DNA of 64,000 nucleotides. It comes from Nageia nagi (lineage: Eukaryota > Plantae > Pinophyta). Positions 25,734 through 38,362 of this stretch are shown here, piece after piece. The stretch covers positions 31,744,001 to 31,808,000 of the forward strand of contig JBITNC010000001.1 of the NCBI GenBank assembly GCA_050084985.1, in the 5' to 3' direction. Both the position numbers and the translations under genes were made by a program. The first letter of the stretch is position 1, and each line of letters starts with the position of its first letter. A model generated the notes under the pieces. It worked only from the letters and a program-made list of their open reading frames with translations, did no database searches and was not told the DNA's origin.

Positions 25734-28500
25734 CATGAATCCATAGTGACTTGTACATCCTTAATGATGCCTTAACATTTGGCTATTTATTGATTTTTCA
25801 TTTGTAATATAATTGTTGTTGGATGGATATCAAATAATTTTAATTTTATGACTATCTCTATTATCATTATATTTATGGCTACTCCTAAGTCAATTAAAAC
25901 ATTTTGTATCATGGTGTATCCAATAAAAATTATGATTACTAGAATTCTTAGATAATCATACTTATGGTTAATTAGCTTTCCTACAAGTAGGGTCGTTAAT
26001 TTACCATCTACTTGAATAGTCTTGGGATACATCCTCTTTCTCCTTCCTCCTTTTCATATACAAAGTTCCTTGACCATTTTATTTAATTCAAGAACTTCCT
26101 TGATTTCTTGTAATACTAAGACTGAAATATTCAACCTTCTTAATTCCTTAAGCAAATCTGATTCTTTATTTTGAAACTTCTCTTTTAGTCTATTAGGATA
26201 TTAAGGTTCTTGAATTTAGTTTTTTGCTTGATTTTGTAGGAAAGCTAATTAACCATCTACTTGAATAGTCTTGGGATACATCCTCTTTCTCCTTCCTCCT
26301 TTTCATATAAAAAGTTCCTTGACCATTTTATTTAATTCAAGAACTTCCTTGATTTCTTGTAATACTAATACTGAAATATTCAACCTTCTTAATTCCTTAA
26401 GCAAATCTGATTCTTTATTTTGAAACTTCTCTTTTAGTCTATTAGGATATTGAGGTTCTTTAATTTAGTTTTTTGCTTGATTTTCTTCATTCTTCTGACC
26501 ATTCTCTTCCTTATTTTGATGATCAACTGGTAATTATTCTCCAAAACCATCATTAAGTATTTTAGCAATGATAGGTGGAGCTAGTTCTTTTACTTTTTAT
26601 AAAATCTTAAATAAATTTCATGGCACTAAATAACATTAATTAATGTTCTATCTTCTTAATCTATCTAATAGGTAAGTGTAATAGTTTACTTATTATTATT
26701 TGGATTCTGAACTAGCTGAGCAGGAAGAGTTGGTTATCTAGGTAATTATTGTTGATTTTGGTATTATTTTTTATTTTAGTATTATGGTTGTTGGATTGGT
26801 CCTAGTAATAGAGCTTTCCATTAAGTATTATAATTAAATCTCCTTTATTGATTAGGTTGATTAGACTTTTGGTTATTATAGTTGGATTGTCGTATGTTAT
26901 TCCATTATTAATTTTGTGCATATTGTAATCAATCTAGATTAGGTGGCATCCATGGAGAGTATTGAACCATAGATTTCAAAAATGGAATATTCCACCATGA
27001 TTGCATAATAGGTCTATTCTAAAATCCAACATTCATCCTCATACCATTGGCATTTGTAGATGTTATCACATTTACTACAAACATTTGAGCTATAGTCAAA
27101 TAATCACATTTACTAGTTGCATGTCTCTTATCGCACAAGCTACATATTTCTATCTTATTAAAAGGATACTAATGCAATGCATGTTTCTTTCTACATCTTG
27201 GAAAGTATAATGCTTAAGATTATTTAGATTCCCTTACTTTATTTGACTTATTTATTCCTCCATTTAATAGACTTAGTTCAACAATAATATTAGTCTTAAA
27301 ATTTGCTAGTTCATCAATTAATTCACTAATAGTATTATTAAAATGTTTTAGAGGTTTGATTTTTTGAACAAAAGTCCTTATCCTAGAATAGTTTCTACAT
27401 AGTTTCACTATATCATCCAGAGCTAAAGTAATTATATTACCTTTTTCCATTACATTAAAGACATCCAATGAAGAGTATATCAAACCCCTCAAAAAGATAA
27501 TTTTTTAAAATTATTGGTCAAAAAAAGTACCAACCCTTTTATGGAAAATTAAAAATCTATCTAAGTAATATTTCAAACTTCTTCTTCACCTTATTTGATT
27601 CTAAACAATTCATATTTCTAATCATTCACTCTACAATAATCTTGATACTTATCTAGAATTACTTTTTTTGTCTATATAATTAGTAATGGAATCAATAACC
27701 AACCCCATGAACCATCTCATTGTATTATCCTTCACAATGTATGGAAAAAAATTCAATTTCTATGCATTGGTTTCATAATCATAAGTTTTGCATAGTACCA
27801 TGAACTCGAATAGGAATTGGTCTGGGTCTTCATTAGGAATACCCCAAAAGTTAGGAAAAATAGATGGTAAAGTATTTTTCATTGGTTGATAATGTCCTAG
27901 AGTATTTTGGTTAATTAAAATCAAATTAGTGAAATTTCTACAAGTTGGTGTAGTGCCACTCAAAATTCCACTTCAAACTACACTACCTATTAACATTATT
28001 ACTAAAGGGTTAATGAAGGTATTTTCTATATTTGAAGGAAAGGGTCTTGAGCTGTAGAAATTATGGAATGGTATTTTGGTATCTTCTCTCTCTTCTTTAG
28101 AATCAGTATCACTAGAAGAAAAATGCATAGGAAAAGGTGAAGTGATTTATGAAAATCATCCCACCTTTTTGAAAGTTAATTATGTAGGAATTATTTCCAA
28201 AAACTATTTTTATGGAGTACTAGAACTGCTACCACTCTTGATATCTTTTCCAACTTCCTTAAAAAAATTTGAAGTCAAAATATTTGTAATAAATGATTCT
28301 TCCATGTTTGTAGCATCAAATGCTTCTGTAACTTGTTCAACAACAATTTCTTCTTCAACACTATCTTGATGAGAGCTTGAACTCAATCTTGGCTCAAGGG
28401 TACTTTTCATGGGGGGTTTTGATTATGTTCTACCTCTACCTCTACTTTTATTATCTTTACGTCCACTGATATATCTTCCAGTTTTATCTCTAATCCTATT
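25734..28500 (-). pseudogene. Gag and N-terminal protease remnant of element A
   Basis: LPSIFPNFWGIPNEDPDQFLFEFMVLCKTYDY (ORF 27760-27963) and protease NVLIDLGVAINIM (ORF 25787-26032). Confidence 0.9.
26003..26484. repeat. Near-identical 233-bp tandem duplication (period 249) with a 16-bp filler
   Basis: 26003-26235 matches 26252-26484 with about 4 mismatches. Confidence 0.95.
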
Positions 28501-28930
28501 CATCCATTCTAAGTAAATACAAAACTTAAACAACTACTCACTTTTTTAAAATGATTCTTCTAAAAACACAAGATAGTTAATTGTTCTAGATTACTTAGAC
28601 TATTAGAAAATAGAGATTGATTAATAGATCAAATTATCTATGTAAGATTATTTCAATAGAATCTAAAATACGTATATAGGATCACTTTCATTAAATCTTT
28701 ATTACCTAAAATTGAGAAAACATGACTATACATAATCTCTTAGATGACTCTGACAATAATACTATCATGAAATTTCCTAAAAATAGCTTCAACAAACACC
28801 ATTTATTTTCCAATGTATAATAAGCCTTTCTTGACCAACACTTAGGGACCTGTTAGCTCAAATGAGTTGGTACTCCACTTCTATAAGAATTATTTGCTTT
28901 TCACTACACATAAGAGAGAAACTATGTTCA

Positions 28931-28945
28931 TTGATAATGGTACCA
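28931..28945 (-). other. PBS of A, degenerate tRNA-Asp type
   Basis: Minus strand TGGTACCATTATCAA versus the Athila consensus TGGCGCCGTTGCCGG; every difference is C>T or G>A. Confidence 0.75.
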
Positions 28946-28949
28946 AAGA

Positions 28950-30052
28950 TGATACGTATCACTTCATCATTTAGTTTATCATATCATAGGTTTGTTTCCT
29001 AAGGTTATATGTAGCTTATACTCTATTCTAAATATTGTGGGTCTAATGAAAATAGTAACTCCATTTTAGAAACAAAATGAACTCTTTTTAAGAATCACAA
29101 ATACACAAACAAATAAATAAATATTGAAGTACAAAATATAAAATATTAAATTACAACAATAAATATTAGAGACTATAGTGGGTGAAATTGGGCCCTCCTC
29201 CTTACAATAAATCTCACAAATAGAACTTCAAAAAATAGGATGAAAGATTCTTGTACTAACTTCTTCATAAACTAGAAAATATACAATCTCTAAATAAACT
29301 ATAGAGTTTTATAATTCATAAATGGTCACTAATTAGATTCTTTTGAAGGAATAAAGGTTAATTTATTGTATAAAATCTTTAATTCTAATTGATTACATTA
29401 TTGTGACTCACAAGTTTATTTGAAATAGAATTCTAATTTAGCCTAAGACTTACTTACATATATATAGAAAGAAGATTAAGTATCTAACTTGTTGATAAAT
29501 ATTATACTTAGTCAACCTCAAATATTTCTTTATGTTTTCCTTATTATCCACTTATTCAGGTTTGATGTTTATTCTTTAAGATCATAATCTTGAAATATGT
29601 TACAATCTTTTGCTAGAGTTATGGAGTATTAATAGAAAGTGATACTTGGAAAATATAACACTTTATGCCAACATGTTTTAAAGCTTCCTATTGGATAAAT
29701 TTTGAAGTTGTCCAATTTTAAACATATTTTGAAGTTGGTCTTCTTTAGTTAATTCTAGAGCTCAAACATAATGAAGCTTCTTTGAAGTTTGTCTATCTAG
29801 AACTAATTCTGAAGTTGTTTCTTACTTAGACCACATTATTATTACTTGATGCAAAATATGAACATTAAACATTCAAATATAATAATAATCATTAACAACA
29901 TCTAATTAATGTAGATAAAAGAAAATATGTAATTACTTCTAAATATAACAATCATATAGGCTAAAATATAATAATAGTATCCCATAGTGTTCCAAGTAAC
30001 AAAATACATTTACATAATTATAAGAAAAATGATATCATTTCTCACCTTATCA
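28950..30052 (-). repeat. 5' LTR of element A
   Basis: TGATACGTATCACTTCATCATTTAG...CTTATCA aligns with 937-2065. Confidence 0.95.
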
Positions 30053-31371
30053 ACCTTATGAAACCCCCTGAGTATGGCTAAAACATGTTGCAAAAAGGAC
30101 TCTTTGAGAACACTCCTGAAGACTATTGGATCTTATGCCCTTTAATAAGTGAAGGAGTACTGGGTTGGATCATGGTAAGATTACCATATGTGAGGATAGT
30201 ATTTGATTACATTTAATACTTTACATGACCTTACCACTTATCTAATAAGAATTTGAAAGTATTTCAATTCTAGAGAATCCAAATCTAACAATAGATTTAG
30301 AGCATCTGTTGACTAAAGGAAATATCTTAAAAACTCATGTGAATCATGAAGACATAAAATATGCCACTAAAAATAAAAAGGGATCCTATCTACACTATGT
30401 TCATTTTGTATTTATGCAAAGTTATACAACTCTCCACTGATATTTTACTCACCATTGTGATCAAGCTATTTAAAAAGAGAAATTTGTATGCTTGAGAGTT
30501 AGAAATTTACAAAGAAAAGTTACTTATAAAAGCTAATGCTTGGTGGAAATTATTAAAAGAAGACTCCAAACTTCAATTAATGAATAAATTTCTACAATTC
30601 TATCCTCACCCTACTCCCTAAATTATTTTAGATTGTGAAACTCAATACTAGTTTTGACATTCTTTTGGGTCCATAACAATCAGCTTTCTAGTAGAACCAC
30701 ATAAAATTGAGTAGATAGTGAGCCATTACTATAGATAAAAGTGATATATGATTTTAGTAACTATTTTGTGACCACAATGATTTGGTACCCATGACTACAA
30801 GAAAAAGGTAAACTCAGGAGAAACTTTACATGGAATTATTACATGATTGAATTGATGGATTCCATAAACCAAGATCTCTTCTAGCTTCTTCAATAAATAT
30901 AAATTTCAACCATCTAACTAAGAACAAATCATTCACACTAATGAGAATACACAATGTATAGTGGTTCCCCCAACTCTTGGGAGTACATCCACTTTAAACC
31001 ATGTCTTCTATTACTTCTCACAAGAGAACTCTCCTATAAATTCTCAATAATTCTTCTACAAATATCCTACAAGAGCATTCTTACAACTCTACAAGTACAA
31101 TGAAAGGTGGAAGAACTTAATTTATGAGGTGAAACCCACTCTTTAACCACCCTTTTACCCAAGAGTAAGGTTAAAGTTTTTTCCATATTTATTCCCTTAA
31201 TGCTTTAAGGTATCAAGAGATAATTTAAGAACTAAGTGGATTTACATTATGGGTTTTCAATAAAGATATATATTATATAATAATACATTATAATTTCCAA
31301 CACCTATGTCAAAGGTTTTTCATCAATGATATAAGATAATAAAACTCGAATTGAAGATGAGTTAGACTATT

Positions 31372-31390
31372 AAGTTGGGGAGGATGTTAG
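31372..31390 (+). other. Probable PPT/LTR junction of an older gypsy element that hosts A
   Basis: AAGTTGGGGAGGA directly followed by TGTTAG (31385). No partner LTR in the window. Confidence 0.45.
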
Positions 31391-32185
31391 CATGAGATAA
31401 TTTCATGATGTAAAATAGTTGAATATAATCATAAGTTAGTGAATGAATAATATGTGTTAGTTACTCTATCTATTTTGATCAAAATGACATGACTCTACAA
31501 ACCAATGAATTAGATTGATAAGAGAAGAACTGAGCATAGAGAGAATGAGTGAGAGTTGAGTGTGTAATAATAATATCATTATAAAAAACTTATATTAATT
31601 CATATTAATAAAAGTATTTATACCCCTATTTATTGTGACTAAATTACTTATCTTTGCTTTCTATTTTTCTTTCCCATTGATTCTCAATTGTAGATAAGAA
31701 CCATATTGAGCGATCCGATTGATCAACATTATGATTAAATTATTACTTGTATCATGTTAGGTTAAAAATTTCTCATAATTTTGTAAAGGGGGATTTTGTA
31801 AAATATTTCATGATCTATAATTATATTCATTTCATGATTTTCTAAAGCATTATTGTTAGTGATTAAGCATTAAGGGAGATTGCAGTTAATAATATGCATC
31901 GAAAAGAGAATTTTAATACATCATTTTTTATATCATGAACATAAGCCTTATGCTATTTTGTACTCATATGTTAAATCATTGAAGTAGGTTCAATATTTTA
32001 TCATTTGATTAATATTAAACCTAATATGGTTGGTGGTTGAGTACATGTAGTTGCATTATGCATCAACATGATAGGGTTTGAATGTTGCCTACAAGATATG
32101 TCAATTTGGTACATGGAGAGTGGTCTCCAAAGGAGGTTTACAATGGATGATGGAGAAATATTGATGATCAAAACATCATCCCATA

Positions 32186-32932
32186 TGTAGACACCTACAA
32201 ATGATTTATTATTTATTTAATAAATCATATTTAGATTTATTAAATGATTTATTGTAATATTACAAATATCAAGATAAAGTTAATATTACAATGCAGCTCC
32301 ATGTGTTATATTAAATGCTATATCAATTATCATGGTTCATATTTTAAAATATATTGAATATAAGAATGTTTATACTATTGCTAGAGGTTTTTTTTCACTC
32401 CTTTCTATATCCTTATAGGCTATATATATAACTGGAATAGGTTAATCACCATAGATCAAAACTCTTTGATATGATAAGAATTCTGATAGGTAGTTGTCAA
32501 CCATAGTCTTCATCAAGCCATAATATTTTTTTATTAAACGTATTATAAGAAATTGTTACACTCTAAGCTTTGAAACTTTCTATATTTTGCACACAACATA
32601 ATTTAGATATTCCATGCAACCAATGACATGATTCTCTAAGGCTAATGATAATGTGTGTCTTCTAGATCAAGGGTTCCAGATTTTTGTAGTTGAGTCATTG
32701 AACCATGTACACGAAGATCTATCATGAACTCACAATGATTCTGATTCCAATCCTTTGAAGTTTTATTACTACTTGTTATTAAGGATTATACATACACTTC
32801 ATATCAAGTTTATGTATTCATATATATTTTTTATAATCTAATTTAGCATAATTTATTTATTCATCTCTTCTTATATTGTAGATCAATTTATTTATTTTGT
32901 ATATTCATATTTTACATAATTTGAGGTCTACA
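32186..32932 (+). repeat. 5' LTR of element C
   Basis: Aligns with 40236-40980. Confidence 0.95.
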
Positions 32933-32935
32933 TTT

Positions 32936-32950
32936 TGGTGAACCTGATAT
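32936..32950 (+). other. PBS of C, complementary to tRNA-Trp
   Basis: TGGTGAACCTGATAT equals TGGTGAACCCGACGT (complement of the plant tRNA-Trp 3' end, recalled from memory) with CpG transitions only. Confidence 0.75.
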
Positions 32951-34139
32951 TGTTACACATCTATATTTTTTTCTAGGGAATCTTATCTTAGGTGTCATGA
33001 ATCCATTTACATTATTATCTCTTCCCTTACTTGAGGTGCTTAGAGTAATAGCTAGAGAAAATGATAAAACTAGGATTTGTTCTAAAAATAAGGTATATCT
33101 TAATGAGATCTAGCAAAGTAGGAGAGTTAACCTTGATTCACCTATGCAAGAGCCTAATCCCAATGATATAATAGATATTGATAAGCATAATGATACTAAA
33201 TCTATGAGTTCTAGCAAAATGATGGTCACTATTAGATAAAATCCTAATAAACTTAATGTATCTATAGATGATTATGATTTTGAAAATATAATTTGGGAAG
33301 CCATGATGATACTTTTGATAGTAATGCTAAAATTGAAGAGTTACAAATAATTCCTAGCCATGTTAAATCTATAAAGGAATTATTATCTAATAACAAAATA
33401 GAGTATTATCTTACCAATAATTCTGAATAGGTTATAGATATCTTAACAAATTATGAATTATTAAAATTAGGTTTGACATTGTCACAATCCTCAAATAGTT
33501 TGTTCTCTTATAAAATTGTAGATTAATAAAATGAAGGATTTCAACTACAAAGAAGGACATCAATAATGGCTTGCAAGACTATTCATGTATGTCGCTACTA
33601 GCATGGAAGCAAAGGATATGGTTCCTTAGAAAAAGATGATCATTAAGGACATTAATGAGGAAAGTGAGGATGAGTCTGAACACTAGGTAACTTAGTTTGA
33701 TGATCATCATCCAAGTACACTCCCTAAATGTTCTAATAGGGAAAAAGGTAAGGATAGGATGGTTAATGATGAATATAAGTATTAATTGCTAAAAAACTTT
33801 CTACTATCATTAATAGTGCCTATAAACATTATCCTAATTAGTTAAAAGAGGATCATGAAATAAAACTTGATGTTATTTTAGATGCTCAAGAGGATGGTTA
33901 CTTTCAAAACGCTAACAAGGGACAACAACTAGCATTTATGTTAGAATTGGTTGATAAATTTGAACATGAAAAACTATATAGAATTGGGGTATTTATGCAA
34001 CATATAAAGGAAAAACTGAATAAATTTCCTTCCCAAACTAGCAATGCACCATCTCTAACCCCACCACCAACTCTAAAGAGTAATCAACATATAGTGCAAA
34101 ATCAACCAAAATAACCTCCTATAATGCCAAATAATGGAT

Positions 34140-35165
34140 GAAAGGATTGAGAAATTAGAAAAAACTTCAAGATGGTGAAGATGATTTCTTATTTTGTTTA
34201 AAGCATCCATTGACTAATAGAATTATCTTTAAATTTCTTGTTGGTGAAATGAGTATGAAATTTACAAAATTTGATGTTTTACAAGATCTACAAATGCATG
34301 TTAGGAAATTTGAAGAGGAAGCTTTGGAATATGTTCATGATAGAGATATAATTGCAAAAATATTTTTGAGTAGCTTAAAAGATGATACATTAAAATTATA
34401 TTTTAGTCTTCCTAAAAAGAGCATAGATAAGTAGAAAAATTTTATTCATAAATTTTTGAAAAACTTTAAATATAATACCACATAAAAGGTTTAGTTCAAA
34501 GATTTATGTAAAATCAAGCAATTACCTAACCAATCTTTATTTAGTTTTGTGAAAGTATGAAAATAAACTGCAAATACAATCTTTGTACCTAAGCAAGATT
34601 TAAACAATACTTTTACAAATACTTTATTGCCTATGTATAAATTATTGGTTATCTCTAATCATGGATTGACATTAGCTAGAATGATAGATATTTTTCTTAA
34701 AAAGAAAGATTGTATCGACAAAAATTATAAGAAATCTTATCCAAAAACTCAAATGTATGAAATAAAAGATAAAACACAAGTGAATGAAAATAAACCTTAA
34801 TTATATGCAAAGAAAACTAAAGCTGCTACAACTAATCTTGATAAAAATAAAAATGGCCACAAAGGAGATTTACAAAGCTAAATGATACTATTGATAATAT
34901 TCTTAATATGTTAGTAAAAGAAGAACTTATTGAGCTTCCATAAATGGTTCAACATCACTTTCCTAATGGTATTCCAAAAAATTATAGATATAAATAATTT
35001 TGCAATTATAATAGGATACCTAACAAGAAATTATAGGGTCTTAAAAATATATTTCAATATTTTATTAAACAGAAGCAATTTGGATGGATGATCATACTAA
35101 AGTAGAAGAAGGATCTATACATCTTGATAATGAATAGTTGGAGATATTTACAAATCCCTTATGAA
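34140..35165 (+). pseudogene. Gag remnant of element C
   Basis: FTKFD..QDLQMHVRKFEEE....HDRDIIAKIFLSSLKDDTLKLYFSLPKKSID. Ends EIFTNPL, like RIYQNPL in B gag. Confidence 0.82.
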
Positions 35166-36102
35166 GGACAACTCAATAACTAAAAGGCTTCATTGGTTTG
35201 TTAAGTACTTCACATTGTATGAGTTATTATTTCTCTAACAAGAATGGATGTACGAAATAATGGCAATAAGTTAGATTTAGTCATGATGAAGTGAAGGCAA
35301 AAAAAGTGGTGGAGATCATGGAATAAGCACTGCTAATGATGTTTATGATTGTTTACATACAACCAATGATGTGAAATACACTACCAAAAAGGCAACTATT
35401 TTTGTGTCTACATCTACAAATTGCATATGGGTTGTAAACCTTCCCAAGTCTATAAAGTTATATCATAAAGTTGAAAAATTTCAAATTGTAGTGTATAAGA
35501 GGTAAGATAGGTTTTGGGGGAAAAATGTATATTGTTAAGGTTTATTAGACATAGTTCATTATTTTATTAGTTTTCTAGGAAAATTCTAAAAAATTCCTTC
35601 ATACATTTTTCTTTCTAAATTATCCAAACCAATGCCACTAATGGTGTGAGATTATTTTTGCATCAATAATAACATGTATTTCCTAGACCAGAATAAAAAT
35701 GAATAGTATATCTCATATCCTTAGGGTTTGTTAAAACATTTGAGATGATTAATATAAATGTTTAAGTTTCTTAAACAAGAAAAACTCACCCATATGCATA
35801 TTTTTTTATGTGTTGAGGGATCTTGTCGTAGTTTCATTTACATGTTTAAAGAACTAAAATTGTATATAGATTTTAAACTATTCTAAATGGGTTCATTATA
35901 TTTTTTATGTGCTTATGCTCATTTTATAGGATCCATTTTTTTTTATCTTGTGTTTTAAAAAAAAATTTAAAGTGATGCATATGGTTTATTAATTTCAAAC
36001 TTGTGAACTTGTACTTTAAACTTTTAATTGCAAATTTTGAAAGTATAACTATGTACTCAACTAAATCATTCATACAATATGCATTCATAGTTGTACACAA
36101 AG

Positions 36103-36114
36103 ATATATATATAT

Positions 36115-36170
<56 letters not shown>

Positions 36171-36174
36171 ATAT
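36103..36174. repeat. Interrupted (TA)n microsatellite
   Basis: Directly visible. Confidence 0.97.
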
Positions 36175-36229
36175 CTCAAAATGGGATGGATACATGTCTC
36201 AAAATACAAAATCAATAGCATGCACTAAT

Positions 36230-38362
36230 ACCACTACTACATGCTTGCTTAGGCCTAGAGCTCGTCCTATACCCACTACTTTGACCAAAAATTGACATCC
36301 CACTGGATACCTCACTAGTACTAATCCCATGGGAGCCTAAGACTTCCTTAGCCCTCTCATACTTCCCTCTAAGCCTCTCCACCTAGTCTATGAGGTCACA
36401 AATAAGTGCCCGCTACTCATTGGGTGGGGGAATATTCACCCTCTACTATAGCCTCTTCATGGACTAATTAATGGAGGCTATCTGTGCATCCTACATTATG
36501 ATGGTGATATATAGATTGGATAGCTATTACTCTAACTTAAAAACTTATGCCTCAAATGGTTTGATCCTCTCAATCTTAGCCTCTAAGGTAGCAATCTGAG
36601 TGGTGATCTCTTTTACAGAAAACTAAAATCATAATTTATTAGTTTTCCTAGACATGCAAACTAATAACAAATAAGTAAAAAATTAACATGTATGATAGCT
36701 TCTACCACTAATGGTATAGCTTCAGCTAAGGCTATCAACCCTGATGTTGGTCCTAGAATTGGTGCAACTAGTGGTCCTTGCATAGGAATATTGTGCATAG
36801 GATTATCAACCTACTATGGTTCTTCATCCAAAGAACCCTCTAATGTTATCATCATATCCTTGTCATCCTCATCATCATCTATACCAATGGGGCTAGATGA
36901 ACCATCACCCTCCATGACATGAACCCCATATAGTATCAGGTACAAAGAAGTTATTTGCAATGAATTCCAATGTCCTAGGATCCTCTCATGTAACCACCCA
37001 AGTTAGAATTATTTGTGCTCCTAATAGAGAATCCCTCTTTGTTCTATACCAAAGATAGTGAGTAGAGATAAGAGAAATCCCCCATCAAATTCCAAACTAC
37101 CTTAGCACATGATGTGGAAACTAATCCTCCACTAACTTCCTTTTGGGTCTGAAGGACATAAGATTACCTCACCTAGGTAAGATGGTGGGCATAAGCCTCC
37201 TAAATGAAGTTTGAGTAAGATACCCAAATCACATCCTCAGGATGGAGCTAATCTATCTCCTATAGTATCACCTCTAGTGAGTATGGGTACCTATACCCAC
37301 ATGTTTTAGAATGCTAGCATGTTAATGAAATATTTGAGGGATCCTCCCTCACCCTTTAAATTCCCAAATGCTAAATCATTGTTATCTTCTCATAGTCACA
37401 TACTTGTAGGAGGTTGGCGTTATCTATTGTGATGTTGAACTTATCAACACACACGAAGCTATGTAAATATCAATATTGTTGGGCTAACACAAGTGGTACC
37501 CAAGAAAAATATGTACCCCAAGAAAATATGTCTTAGATGACCCACACTAGATAAAGAGGAAATGAAGAACTGCTCTTGGTTGGGAATAGGTACATAGTGA
37601 TAATGGAGGTAATGAGAAGCCTTAAGTGTTTACCAAGAGAGGCAAATTTGCATACCTTAGTGAGGTGGATGGTCCTCTACTCCTAGTTGTGGTCCTCCTC
37701 ACTTTTTAATAATAAGGAAAGCTGCTACCTCTTGTTATTATTTAGGACCTCAGCTTGATACATAAGATGCCCTTGGATGGGAATCCTCCATATCCTATAA
37801 TTGTCTAATAAAGTGACTATCATTTCACTTAAGGGTAGGTGGAATGAGTTGGTGTATTGATACCACCTTTCTTCTAGGGCTAGGAGGAGAGGTATGAGAT
37901 GTTGGATGTGCCCAACGATTACCAAACCATTTAGTCTAAACTACATGAGGATATCATCCCCATGATATGTTGGTTGCCATCCCTATGCCTTATCTAAGGT
38001 TAATGTAGACATGAGTACACCTCAAATATGCACTTTGTGATCTTGTAAATACAAAAAAATAAGCTTCATATTAATAATCAAATAAATTAATCTAAAAATG
38101 GTAAAATATATAGGTTTATATGAAAAACTCAGACAATAAAAATAAAATGGCCTCATCAAGGGAAAAATACACACTCAAATGACCTAAATGAGAAATCCCT
38201 AGGGTTTTGTATAGATGGAAATTACAAATATTTTTGCAAAAATAAAATAATAGTAATAAAATATCACTCATGCATGAATGGTAAGCTTCAAAGATACTCA
38301 GCTATGTGTCCTCTCTTTCTAGAAAAGGGTCTTTCCACCAAATGCTAGTCTTGATCTACCAT
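36230..38362 (-). pseudogene. Antisense PMD gene remnant carried by C, probably spliced
   Basis: ORF 37725-37925 LLLALEERWYQYTNSFHLPLSEMIVTLLDNYRIWRIPIQG is the PMD core. Acidic and coiled-coil-like tail at 36300-36920. AT-rich intron-like gaps at ~38042-38271 and ~36620-36695. Confidence 0.8.

Larger units (their letters stand above)
937..30052 (-). mobile_element. Element A: full-length decayed Athila-type Ty3/gypsy LTR retrotransposon (contains nested element B)
   Basis: Two ~1.1 kb direct repeats with TGA...TCA ends. 5-bp TSD GCCTT (932-936) / ACCTT (30053-30057). Degenerate tRNA-Asp PBS and PPT on the minus strand. Gag-PR-RT-RH-INT remnants on the minus strand. Confidence 0.95.

Noticed and set aside
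32101-32125. PBS-like TTTGGTACATGGAG after TGTCA
   Set aside because: No convincing tRNA match and no paired LTR to define the boundary.
36003-36218. ORF with IY repeats
   Set aside because: Translation of the (TA)n microsatellite.
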